58,610 bases of DNA from IMG/VR virus record IMGVR_UViG_3300031716_000009, positions 1-58,610 of that record. The stretch is one strand, 5' to 3'. How positions within the stretch are numbered: position 1 is the first letter of the stretch; each line of letters begins with the position of its first letter. The stretch comes from a virus (taxonomy: Duplodnaviria > Caudoviricetes). This document shows, in pieces, positions 8,732-18,248 of this stretch. Below the pieces are notes generated by a model, which was given only the letters and a program-made list of their open reading frames with translations, had not been told where the DNA came from and made no database searches. The position numbers were made by a program, and so were the translations under genes.

Positions 8732-9400
8732 ATGGACTTCGTCAACGTCAATGACCAACTGGCCAACATCGCGCAGGTCGCGCGGCGCTGCCCGGGCCCG
8801 ACGCTGCGGCGCGCCTACACGCGCGCGCTGCGCGAGTGGTGCCAGCAGACGCAATGGCTGCGCGTGTCGCTGCCCGGCCAGACCACGGCCAACGAGCCGC
8901 TATACAACCTGGGCACGGACCTGAACCTGGACATCATGGGCCTGCGCGCGGTCAGCCTGACGCAGGTCATCGGCACGCAGCCCACCGTGCGCGGTCTGTC
9001 GCCGTCGGACTCTACGACCTGGAATCCGAACGTCCCGGCCGGCGTGCCGCGCCGCTACGCCTACATCCCTGAGGGCCAGATCGCGCTGAACCCGACGCCT
9101 AACGCGGTGTTTACATTCAACATGAGCCTGATCGTCGCGCCCAAGGAATCGATGGCGCTCAACGCGCAGGTGCCCGCGACCCCGCTGGTCAAGTACAGCA
9201 ACGACATCGAGGCCGGCGCGCTCGCCTACCTGCTGGCCATCCCCGGCCAGCCGTGGAGCAACCCCAACATGGCCGCGCAGTACGCGCGCGACTTCAAGGC
9301 TGCGATCTCCAACGGCAAGGCCGAGGCACAGCGTGCCTACAACACCGGTTCGCAGCGCGTGCGCGCGGGCCCGTTCGTGACCGCAGGGAGGGTGCTATGA
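8732..9400 (+). CDS. Second adaptor / tail tubular protein
   Basis: CP...REWC, IEAGALAYLLAIPGQPWSNP motif typical of podovirus adaptors. Confidence 0.7.
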   Translation: MDFVNVNDQLANIAQVARRCPGPTLRRAYTRALREWCQQTQWLRVSLPGQTTANEPLYNLGTDLNLDIMGLRAVSLTQVIGTQPTVRGLSPSDSTTWNPNVPAGVPRRYAYIPEGQIALNPTPNAVFTFNMSLIVAPKESMALNAQVPATPLVKYSNDIEAGALAYLLAIPGQPWSNPNMAAQYARDFKAAISNGKAEAQRAYNTGSQRVRAGPFVTAGRVL

Positions 9401-11550
9401 GCTTCGACGTGACGGTCGGCTCGGCCGACACGGGTGGCTTTAGCGTGTCCGACGTGCCGCAGGCCGACGGCAGCGGCGAGGACTTCGACTCGGTGCTGCG
9501 CGGCCAGCTGGCTGACCCGGCGCAGGGCGCAGGCTTGGTGGCCTACGATCCGCTCGTGGCTTACGCCCCGGGCACCGTGGGCGCGACTCTCGAGACGCTC
9601 GACCAGACGCTGCGCACCGATCTGGCGGACTCGTCCGACGCGGACGAGGGCGCTGCCCTGATTGGCTACAACGCCGCGCTCGCCTACGCCGACGGGACGC
9701 TCGGCGCCGCGGTGCGCGCGCAGGGCACCGCGTTGACCGACCTGGCCAACCACACCGACGCCACGAAGGGCGCCGCCGAGGTAGGCTTCGGCACGGCACT
9801 CGACTACGTGTCGGCCGCGCCCAACAGTGTGGGCGCCGAACTGCAGCTCGATCACGCGCTGCGCACGAACCTGCCGCTCGTCGACGATCCAGCGCACGGC
9901 GCTGGCATGGTGGGCTTCGCCTACTCGCTGACCTACGGCGCGAACACCGTCGGCAAGTGGCTCAAGGATCTGGCTCTGGCTGCCGGATCCAGCTTCATCG
10001 GCTGGGCTCAGTCGGGCATCAACGCCGTCACGCGCGCGGTGCAATCGCGCCTGCGCGACACGGTGCACGTGACCGACTACGCCACGGTGCAGGATGCGTT
10101 CAACGACGCCTATCTCAAGGGCGCGGTGCTGTTCTTCCCGCCTGGCGACTATCCGGTCGGATCTTCTATCGCGCACTTCAACGATGTGCGCAAGGTGGGC
10201 AACGCCACCGTCTCACGTGGTGGCTACGCGTTTCACATCGATCCGGTCTACTCTGACGTCAACCAGATGTTCGTCGACGTTGGCAGCGGCAACGACGCCA
10301 ACGACGGCATCACGCCGGGCGCGGCGCTCAAGACCACAGCGCGTCTGTTCGCCATCATGGCGCTGTATCGGCTGTGGGGCTCGTGGACGATCTCGTGGAC
10401 CGCGGGCACCGAGGCCAACGGCGGCCTGCAGACGTTCCCCGAGAGCACGTGGGTCTTCGGCCTGAATCGACTTACGCTGCAAGGCCCGATCGTCAATGAC
10501 CCCAACGTGCCCACGTTCATCGTCGACGGCGGTGGCACGCAGGCCTACGGCTGGAACTTCAACAGCCAGAACAAGCTGACGCTGTCGAACATCAAGTTCG
10601 CGAATTTCACGACGTTCGGCTGGGTCTCGCAGGACGGCTGCGACATCACCGACGTCAACGTGCACGTGACGGGTGTGCCCAACGGTCCGGGCAAGAAGAT
10701 GCAGGGCCCCGGCCGTTGGCGCTCGATCGGCGGCATCTCGTCGTTCTGCCAGTCGGGCCTGGCCGCGATCGGCAACGTGGTCTTCACGTTCTCGAGCATC
10801 AAGTCGAACAACAACACGCAGGCCGGCGTCGCGCTGCAAGAAGGCGCGACGGGTCACATCGACAACAGCACGCTCGGCAACAACCCGGTGCACGTCGACG
10901 CGACGGTGCGCTCGCGTGCGCATATCCTGGGCAGCGTCTTCACGAACGCCATCACGGCGCACTGCCGCGGTCAGGTGGCCAGCGACTTCTACGACAGTCC
11001 GACGACGCCCAACAGCTTCGACACCTCGGCACCGCCGTTCCTCATGTACAGCGGCAGCGTCCTGACCGCGACGCAGTCGATGTACACGAGCTGGATGGAC
11101 TGGCCAGTTGACCAGACCTTCGTCACGCTCACCGGCACGACCGCGGCCACGACGGTCAAGACCTACGCCAACGCGATCCCGGCCAACAGTTTCGAATCGC
11201 CGGTCAAGGCAATCGCGATCGAGATCAACGGCAACCGCACGACTGCCACGGGCACGCACAACGTCGTGGTCAACGTCGCCGGCTCGGCCTGGTTCGGCTT
11301 CACGATGCCTGCCGCCGCAAGCGGGCCCTACAGCATCAAGGCCATCCTCAACGCGAACGGCCAGGCTGCGCAGGGCTATGAGGCGACCTGCCAGTGTGGC
11401 GTCTACGTGCCGCCAGCAGAAGGCTCGCGCAGCATCAACATGTACACGGGCTCGGCACTGCCGATCACCGTGGTCGTCACGCCCAACACCTCGGGCGACT
11501 CGATCACCGTGCGTCGGGTGCAGATCAAGGTGCGCGGAGGCGCCGCCTGA
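9397..11550 (+). CDS. Tailspike/tail fibre with repeated N-terminal anchor modules and beta-helix
   Basis: 4-5 copies of LA....GA..VG/AY...Y..GT.G; RAVQSRLRDTVHVTDY and FFPPGDY tailspike motifs; ATGA overlap. Confidence 0.8.
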   Translation: MSFDVTVGSADTGGFSVSDVPQADGSGEDFDSVLRGQLADPAQGAGLVAYDPLVAYAPGTVGATLETLDQTLRTDLADSSDADEGAALIGYNAALAYADGTLGAAVRAQGTALTDLANHTDATKGAAEVGFGTALDYVSAAPNSVGAELQLDHALRTNLPLVDDPAHGAGMVGFAYSLTYGANTVGKWLKDLALAAGSSFIGWAQSGINAVTRAVQSRLRDTVHVTDYATVQDAFNDAYLKGAVLFFPPGDYPVGSSIAHFNDVRKVGNATVSRGGYAFHIDPVYSDVNQMFVDVGSGNDANDGITPGAALKTTARLFAIMALYRLWGSWTISWTAGTEANGGLQTFPESTWVFGLNRLTLQGPIVNDPNVPTFIVDGGGTQAYGWNFNSQNKLTLSNIKFANFTTFGWVSQDGCDITDVNVHVTGVPNGPGKKMQGPGRWRSIGGISSFCQSGLAAIGNVVFTFSSIKSNNNTQAGVALQEGATGHIDNSTLGNNPVHVDATVRSRAHILGSVFTNAITAHCRGQVASDFYDSPTTPNSFDTSAPPFLMYSGSVLTATQSMYTSWMDWPVDQTFVTLTGTTAATTVKTYANAIPANSFESPVKAIAIEINGNRTTATGTHNVVVNVAGSAWFGFTMPAAASGPYSIKAILNANGQAAQGYEATCQCGVYVPPAEGSRSINMYTGSALPITVVVTPNTSGDSITVRRVQIKVRGGAA

Positions 11551-13316
11551 TGCGCATCGCGCAAGACATGTTCCAGGGCGTCGTGCCGCGCACGGCGTCG
11601 CATCGTCTTGCGCCGTCGCAAGGCCAGGACGCGACCAACGCCAAGTTGCTCTCGGGCGACCTCGAGGCGTGGCGCCAGTTCGCCGCGCTGCACACGCTGG
11701 CCACCGCGCCGCCGGTCAAGTCGATCTACCTGTTGGGCGACAAGTGGCTGTCGTGGGGTGCCGACGTCGACGCCGCGCGCGGCCCGATCCCCGGTGACAC
11801 GACCATGCGGTTGTACCTGACCGGCCCGGACGTCTACTCACAGCCGCAGTTCACCGACTACACCATGGCCACGACGGGCGCGGAGCCCTATCCGGTGCTG
11901 ACGCGCCCGTTGGGTGTGCCCGCGCCAGAGCAGCACGCGCGCGGCGACGACACGTTCATCACGTTCCTGGCTCTGATCTACGTTCCTGCATCGGGAGACG
12001 AGCCGTCGACGGTGACGGAATACCTGTACACCTATGTCAACGACCTGGGTCAGGAGTCGGCGCCGTCGCTGCCCGAAGCCTACTACCACAATGGACTCAC
12101 TGGTCGAACCTACCCCGTCTACACGCCCACGCCAGGCGGCAGCTTCAACGAGCTCGAGATCTACCCCGTGCCGCCGGCGCTCGACAGCTATGGCATCGTG
12201 AGCTTCCGGCTCTACCGCGCGGCCACAGGCGCCACCGGCACCGCCTTCCGTTTCGTGCTCGAGGCGCCGTTCAACTCCGGTGGCAGCGTCACGCTCGTGG
12301 TGGACAACATCACCGACGACGGACTGGGCGAGGTGCTGCCGACCAGCGACTGGGATCTGCCACCAGCGGACCTGCGCGGCATCCTGGCGCTGCCCAACGG
12401 CGTGATGGCCGGTTTCAGCGGCAACCAGCTGTGCCTGTCGGCGCAGAACTACCCGCACGCCTGGCCCGTGGCCAACCGCTACACGACCGACACCGACGTC
12501 GTGGGCATCGGCAACATCGACACGACGGTCGTGATCTTCACCGAGAGCTTCATCTACGTGGCCACGGGCACCGACCCGGGCCAGTACAGCATGGCCAAGT
12601 TCGAGGTGCCTTACGCTGGCGTGTCCAAGCGCTCGGTGGGCTACGTCGACGGTGTCGGCGTGGTCGGCGCCACGCCGGATGGCCTACGCGCGGTGGCCGG
12701 GGTGGGCCAGTCGCTGAACCTGACCAAGCAGCTGTTCACGCGCAAGCAGTGGCAAGCGCTCAAGCCCGAGTCGATGACCGGCATCGCGCACGACGGCGTC
12801 TACTTCCTGTTCTACGACACCGGCACCGCCAAGGGCTGCTACGCCTTCGACATGAGCCAGGGCGGCGCCGGCGTGACGCCGATGGCCTTCCACGCCAGCG
12901 CCGTGTTCGCCGACCCGGAGACCGACAACCTGTGCCTCGTCCTGGACGAAAACGACGAGCCGACCGACGGCCTGCTGCCGGCGGGCAGCACCGCCGTGCC
13001 GGCGGACGGCCAGACGATCTACGAGTTCGACTCCCCTGACAGCGGCAGCCTCATGGTCTACCGCTACCGCAGCAAGCTCAACATCCTCGGCTACGAGGCT
13101 GCCTTCATCGCTGCGCAGGTGCGCTGCGCCGACTTCGACAACGTGGTCTGGCGTGTCTACGGCAACGGCTCGATGCTGTTCGAGCAGCAGCTCACAACCA
13201 ACACCGAGTTCACGATGCCGGAGATGGACACACAGGCCACCCTCGAGATCGAGTTCGTTGGCACGTCCACCGTGCGCAACGTGCAGGTCGCCGAGGACAT
13301 GCAGGAACTGGTCTGA
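11550..13316 (+). CDS. Tail nozzle / packaged-DNA stabilisation protein
   Basis: 588 aa; FQGVVPR, YTYVNDLGQESAPS, LPNGVMAGF...PHAWP motifs. Confidence 0.8.
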   Translation: MRIAQDMFQGVVPRTASHRLAPSQGQDATNAKLLSGDLEAWRQFAALHTLATAPPVKSIYLLGDKWLSWGADVDAARGPIPGDTTMRLYLTGPDVYSQPQFTDYTMATTGAEPYPVLTRPLGVPAPEQHARGDDTFITFLALIYVPASGDEPSTVTEYLYTYVNDLGQESAPSLPEAYYHNGLTGRTYPVYTPTPGGSFNELEIYPVPPALDSYGIVSFRLYRAATGATGTAFRFVLEAPFNSGGSVTLVVDNITDDGLGEVLPTSDWDLPPADLRGILALPNGVMAGFSGNQLCLSAQNYPHAWPVANRYTTDTDVVGIGNIDTTVVIFTESFIYVATGTDPGQYSMAKFEVPYAGVSKRSVGYVDGVGVVGATPDGLRAVAGVGQSLNLTKQLFTRKQWQALKPESMTGIAHDGVYFLFYDTGTAKGCYAFDMSQGGAGVTPMAFHASAVFADPETDNLCLVLDENDEPTDGLLPAGSTAVPADGQTIYEFDSPDSGSLMVYRYRSKLNILGYEAAFIAAQVRCADFDNVVWRVYGNGSMLFEQQLTTNTEFTMPEMDTQATLEIEFVGTSTVRNVQVAEDMQELV

Positions 13317-13732
13317 TGGCCACGATCCCGGCAATCAACCAGCTGCGCCCGGGCTACTCCCTGCGCGAGCTCAACGCCGTCATCGGCGCGATTGCGCTGC
13401 ACATCAAGGCGATCGAGGCGCAGCTGCAGCTGTCGTCCACGGCGACGGTGCAGGCGACGCTGACCAACCTGCTGAATCAGGCCGACGGCCTGGTGGGCAA
13501 GGTCGCCGGCGCGTTCGTGATCGTCGAGCCGCAACCGGGCTTGGCACTGGCCAAGCAAGCCAGCACCCTGGCCGGCTACCAGCTGTCGCTGGACTTCGAC
13601 ACGGACAGCGACGGCCTGGTCGTCCGCCTGGACACGGGCCTGACCACGCGCACCCTGCTGGCGGCCAGCGGCTACGCCGGCTCGATCGAGAATCCCGACG
13701 GCGTCGCGGGCGACCCGACTTTCCACTCGTGA
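13316..13732 (+). CDS. Hypothetical tail protein
   Basis: 138 aa, overlapping start/stop with both neighbours. Confidence 0.65.
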   Translation: MATIPAINQLRPGYSLRELNAVIGAIALHIKAIEAQLQLSSTATVQATLTNLLNQADGLVGKVAGAFVIVEPQPGLALAKQASTLAGYQLSLDFDTDSDGLVVRLDTGLTTRTLLAASGYAGSIENPDGVAGDPTFHS

Positions 13733-14127
13733 TCAGCGGGACCCGTTTCCTGATCGAGGAAACCCCCGAGATCCTGGACGCGGTCTACCGCGGTCTTCGC
13801 CACCCGATCGCCCAGGCTTCCGAGATCCAGGATTTGAAGGCACAATGCGATGCACGGACAGCCATGTGCATCTCGTGCGACGACGGTGTCGTCGTCGTCA
13901 CGCTACGGCCCTTCGGCGACGCACTCGAGCTGTTCGTATTGCTAGCCGTGGCGTTTCGCCATGGCGCCTTTCAGCGACAAGAAGCCGCGCTGCGCGCCAT
14001 CGCACGCGATCTCGGAGCCCAGACCATCGCTTTCGAGGCCCGCCGTCTAGGCTGGGGCCGGCGGTTGGGGCCGCAGTGGCGACGCCGCGGCTCCCAGGAG
14101 TTCGTGAGGTACGTCAATGAGTGGTAA
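13729..14127 (+). CDS. Putative GNAT-like virion assembly protein
   Basis: GTGA overlap; LELFVLLAV...ARDLGAQTIAFEARRLGW, position before the ejection genes. Confidence 0.55.
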   Translation: MISGTRFLIEETPEILDAVYRGLRHPIAQASEIQDLKAQCDARTAMCISCDDGVVVVTLRPFGDALELFVLLAVAFRHGAFQRQEAALRAIARDLGAQTIAFEARRLGWGRRLGPQWRRRGSQEFVRYVNEW

Positions 14128-14746
14128 GGGCAGTGGCCAGGTGCAGGAGACTTCCGCGCAAGTCGCGCTGGCGCAGCACGCCCAGCTGATGATGGACGAC
14201 TACAAAAAGCGCTGGCTCCCGGTGCAGCAGAACCTCGCCTCGCAAATCGAGGCTGAGGGCGCGCCCAATTCGTGGCAGCGCGCCGAGGCCAAGGGCAAGG
14301 CGTCCACCGACTCGGCGATCCAGTTCTCGCAGGCCGAGGGCGGCGTCGAAAAGGCACTCTCCAACAAGGGCGTGCTGCCCGGCTCGGGCCGCTTTGACAC
14401 GGCGGTCACGGGCATGGGTGCCGACCAGGCCAAGTCGTCGGGCCTGGACCAGATGGTCAGCGACCAGCGCATCACCCAGGCCTACACCGAGGGCCTGGGC
14501 GCGCTCACCGCCATCGGCCAGGGCCAGAGCGCTCAGGTCTCGAACGGCATGCAGCAGCAGGCCCGCGACAGCGCCATGCAGGCCGAGGCCGACGCGCGTT
14601 CGTCACTGATGGCCGAGGAAGGCATCGGCGGCGCAGTCGGCACGGCGCTCGGCTACGCCGGTCAGCAAGGCCTGAAGGCCTGGAACGCGCCGCCGGCGCC
14701 GCGCGCGCCCCTGAGCGCAGGCGTACCTGTGGGGAACGGACCATGA
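14117..14746 (+). CDS. DNA ejection (internal virion) protein
   Basis: MSGKGSG start, Gln/Ala/Gly-rich, synteny. Confidence 0.65.
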   Translation: MSGKGSGQVQETSAQVALAQHAQLMMDDYKKRWLPVQQNLASQIEAEGAPNSWQRAEAKGKASTDSAIQFSQAEGGVEKALSNKGVLPGSGRFDTAVTGMGADQAKSSGLDQMVSDQRITQAYTEGLGALTAIGQGQSAQVSNGMQQQARDSAMQAEADARSSLMAEEGIGGAVGTALGYAGQQGLKAWNAPPAPRAPLSAGVPVGNGP

Positions 14747-15285
14747 GCTTCCTCGGCAACCTCGGCGATTCGATCACGGGCGGCTTCAAGGCCGTCAACG
14801 ACGGGTCGTTCAAGAATCCGTTCAAGGGGATCACCGAAGGGGTGGGCTCCATCAAGACGGGGATCTCCGGTCCGCCGCCTCCGCCCCCCGCGACGACGGC
14901 CAGTGACATCTATGCCAATCTCACGCGCGAGCAGTGGGCGAACTACGTCAACGTGTTCCAGCCGATCGAAAACCAGCTGATCCAGTACGCGACCGACAAG
15001 TCGCTACCGGGGCAGGCCATGCAAGAGGCGCGCACCGACGTGGACAACGCCTACAGCACGCAGGCCGGTCAGCAGGCACGCAAGCTCCAGGGCATGGGCA
15101 TCGCGCTGGATCCGTCTGAGCAAGCTGCGACGACGCGGGCCACGGGCCTGTCGCACGCGCTGGCCAGCGTGCAGGCGCAGAACACGGCTCGCGATCTGAC
15201 GATCGGGAACCAGCAATCGATCCTTGGCAATCCGGCGCCGACGACCTCGTCGATCGCCCAACAGGCCGCCGGCCTGGGAGTCTGA
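14743..15285 (+). CDS. Internal virion protein
   Basis: 180 aa, Gln/Ala-rich, ATGA overlap. Confidence 0.6.
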   Translation: MSFLGNLGDSITGGFKAVNDGSFKNPFKGITEGVGSIKTGISGPPPPPPATTASDIYANLTREQWANYVNVFQPIENQLIQYATDKSLPGQAMQEARTDVDNAYSTQAGQQARKLQGMGIALDPSEQAATTRATGLSHALASVQAQNTARDLTIGNQQSILGNPAPTTSSIAQQAAGLGV

Positions 15286-15287
15286 AC

Positions 15288-15572
15288 ATGGCCCGGAGTT
15301 ACGGTGTCGGTGCCTCGCTCGCGTCCTACGGGATCAACGAACAGAAACAGGCGATGGATCTGTACGGCGAGGCCGCCAGCGAGGAGGCCAAGCGCAACGC
15401 ACAGAACACGGAAATCGAGGCGCAGCGCAAGGCCGGCAACGCGCAACTGGGCGCCACGGTGGGCGGCATGGCCGGCGGCGCGATCGCGGGCGCCGAGTTC
15501 GGCAGCGCCGCGGGGCCGTGGGGCACCTTGATCGGCGGTCTGGTCGGCGCCCTCGGCAGCCGGCTTTTCTAG
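15288..15572 (+). CDS. Small glycine-zipper ejection protein
   Basis: GATVGGMAGGAIAG...GPWGTLIGGLVG. Confidence 0.65.
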   Translation: MARSYGVGASLASYGINEQKQAMDLYGEAASEEAKRNAQNTEIEAQRKAGNAQLGATVGGMAGGAIAGAEFGSAAGPWGTLIGGLVGALGSRLF

Positions 15573-15581
15573 GAGAACGAC

Positions 15582-18248
15582 ATGCCGCTCGGCGTCGGTG
15601 GTGCAATCGCGGAGGGCCTGCGCAGTGGCTGGCAGATGGGTCTGGAATCGGACGCGGCCCAGGAGCACAAGCGCGAGTTCGACATCGAATCGAAGCGCCG
15701 GCAGGAGGGCGAGGATCGCCTGCGCAAGCAGGAAGACGACCGCTACGGTCGCATGCAGGACGCCGCGCGCGTGCAGGCCATGGAGGCGCGCCAGGCCGCG
15801 CTCGAGAAGCTGGCCAAGGATGCCGCGACCGCCGGCCACCCGCTGGACCACAACTCGCCCGTGATGCAGGAGCGCGCGCGGCTGGCCGTGCAGCTCGAGG
15901 ACGCGCAACAGCAGATCGCGACGACCGGGCGGCTCGCGCCCGTGGGCACCGGCGTGACCGCGCCCGCGCCGCGCCCGGATGCGTCGGCGATGCCCACCGC
16001 CCCGACCGCCCCGCCGGTGGACCAGGGCGCCGTGCAGGCGGCCGTGGCCGCTCCCGTGGCGCCGGTAGCGGCTTCTCCGGTCGGCGGGACGGGCCTGGGC
16101 CCTTCCCGCGGCCCTGCAGGCGGCGCCGCGCCGCTGGACACGTCCATGGGTGGCGACACCGCATCGGCGCCGAGCCCGGCAATCGCCGGTGGTGCGCCGG
16201 CCGCAGCCGCCGTGGCCTCGCCCACGACGAGCGCCGTCACGCCGGCGCAAAAGCTCGTCACCGACACCGACCAGCACGTGCAGAACATCGCCTCGAAGCT
16301 GCACGCCGGCCAGATGAGCTTCGACGACGTCGCCCCTGGCGATTTCGCCCTCATGGTGGCCAGCGCCACGAAACGGCCACCTGGCGAGCTCGCGCAGGTG
16401 CGCCAGCACGTCAACGACTGGCAGGCCGGCATGCAGACCGGCAACAACGGCCTGACGATCCAGGGCCTGAACGGTATCTTCGGGCCGCAGCTGGCTCAGG
16501 GCGTGGGCACGCCCAGCGCCTACGGCGGCACGATCACAGGCAAGTCGATCGTGGGTCTGGACCCGGCCGCCAGCGCCGACGGATCTATCCACACCGACAA
16601 GGTGATCCCGCGCCTGCAGATCACGACCGACCTCAAGGGCCCGGACGGTCAGCCGCTGACCTACCACGCTCCGCTCACGCAGAACCGCAGCACGGACCCG
16701 AACGACCCCGTTTCGGCAGTCTCGGTAGGCGATGCGGTCAACCATGTCGGCGCACTCAGCACGCTGGTGACGGCCGCCGCGCATCCCGAGGTGCAGGCCA
16801 AGCTGCAGGAAGGCGCGGCCGACCCGCGCGTGCAGGCCTACCTGGACGCCTACCAGAACCAGACCGACGCGGCCAACCCGGCGATCGTCAAGGAAAACCA
16901 GATCAAGGCCTACATGAAGGCCGCCGGCATCACCGACCGCGACGAGGCCGTCTCGCGCATGATCGACCTAGGCGCGCTGCCGCGGCCGCCGATGACCAAG
17001 GGCGTCGTGGCCCAGACCATGGACGCGGCCTACCAGATGGTCCAGGACGGCTCGGCGCCGGATCTGCAGACCGCGCTGCGCACGCTGCAGGCCACGGGCG
17101 TGACCAAGCAGCCCACCAAGTACAGCCCGGGCGCGCGCATCGCCGTGCCGGGTAGCGGCGCGCCGGGCGCCGTGGGCGGCACCGGCCAGGCGATCAGCAC
17201 CAGCGGCGTGCCGCTGACGGGCGACCAGTTCCTCAAGACGCTGGGCAAGGAAGACCAGCGCCTGGTGCAGATGGTGGCCGCCGATCCGTCGACGGCCAAG
17301 GACATCTCGATGAAGGACAACCAGCGCGCGCACATCATGACGCTGGTCCACCAGTACAACGACGCGGTGCAGCTGGGCAAGGGCTCGCCTGGCGTCGACG
17401 CGCACGGCAACCCGATCGGCGGCATCAGCCCGCAGACGGTGGATTTCTACGCCACGCAGTCGCTCGCGGGCGACAACTCCTGGCAAGTCGGCCTCGCGCG
17501 CGGTCAGGTCGGTCAACGCCTGATCTCGGCTGTCAAGGACCGCATCCCGCAGATGGCCAGCGAGCTGGGCCTGTCGCCACAGGACGTCGGCACGAACAAG
17601 GCCACCAATGTCGCACTGACCAAGACGCTGGCCGACCGCACGAAGTACGTCACCGCGGTGCAGCAGCTCAATGGCACACTGGATCGTCAGGCCGCACTCG
17701 TCGAGTCGCTGCTGGCCAAGGGCGGCGCCACCGAGGGCGGCCCGCTATTCAACGCGCCCTACAACAAGATCCGGGAAGCCCTGGGCTCGGTCGACGCGCA
17801 CAACCTGGATGTCGCGCTCACGGGCTTGGCGCGCGAGCACCAGCGCGTGCTGGTCGGCCCGATGTCCAACGGTCAGCTGGCCGTCTCGGCGCAGAACACC
17901 GGCGACCGGCTGGCGGGCCTGAACCTGTCGCCCAGCCAGATCCGTGGCACGATCCAAGTCATGCGCCAGGAAGCCCAGAACGGCCTGGCGCAAGGCAACG
18001 AGACGCTGTCCAGCATCAAGGGCCAGCTGTCGGCGCTGGGCAAGCCGCAAGGCGGCGTCGGCGCGGCGCTGGGGGCGGCTCCGGCTGCGCCCGCAGCCCC
18101 GGCCGGCGTGCCGACGCGGCCCGGCGCTGCGCCGGCACCCGCGCCCGCTGGCAGCCCTGTGCAGATTCGTGATGCGGCCGGCTACGCCGCACTGCCCCCG
18201 GGCGCGCATTACATCGACCCGAACGGCGTGGCCCGGATCAAGCAATGA
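15582..18248 (+). CDS. Large DNA ejection protein
   Basis: 888 aa; SD AGGAG; C-terminal YAALPPGAHYIDPNG..RIK motif. Confidence 0.7.
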   Translation: MPLGVGGAIAEGLRSGWQMGLESDAAQEHKREFDIESKRRQEGEDRLRKQEDDRYGRMQDAARVQAMEARQAALEKLAKDAATAGHPLDHNSPVMQERARLAVQLEDAQQQIATTGRLAPVGTGVTAPAPRPDASAMPTAPTAPPVDQGAVQAAVAAPVAPVAASPVGGTGLGPSRGPAGGAAPLDTSMGGDTASAPSPAIAGGAPAAAAVASPTTSAVTPAQKLVTDTDQHVQNIASKLHAGQMSFDDVAPGDFALMVASATKRPPGELAQVRQHVNDWQAGMQTGNNGLTIQGLNGIFGPQLAQGVGTPSAYGGTITGKSIVGLDPAASADGSIHTDKVIPRLQITTDLKGPDGQPLTYHAPLTQNRSTDPNDPVSAVSVGDAVNHVGALSTLVTAAAHPEVQAKLQEGAADPRVQAYLDAYQNQTDAANPAIVKENQIKAYMKAAGITDRDEAVSRMIDLGALPRPPMTKGVVAQTMDAAYQMVQDGSAPDLQTALRTLQATGVTKQPTKYSPGARIAVPGSGAPGAVGGTGQAISTSGVPLTGDQFLKTLGKEDQRLVQMVAADPSTAKDISMKDNQRAHIMTLVHQYNDAVQLGKGSPGVDAHGNPIGGISPQTVDFYATQSLAGDNSWQVGLARGQVGQRLISAVKDRIPQMASELGLSPQDVGTNKATNVALTKTLADRTKYVTAVQQLNGTLDRQAALVESLLAKGGATEGGPLFNAPYNKIREALGSVDAHNLDVALTGLAREHQRVLVGPMSNGQLAVSAQNTGDRLAGLNLSPSQIRGTIQVMRQEAQNGLAQGNETLSSIKGQLSALGKPQGGVGAALGAAPAAPAAPAGVPTRPGAAPAPAPAGSPVQIRDAAGYAALPPGAHYIDPNGVARIKQ

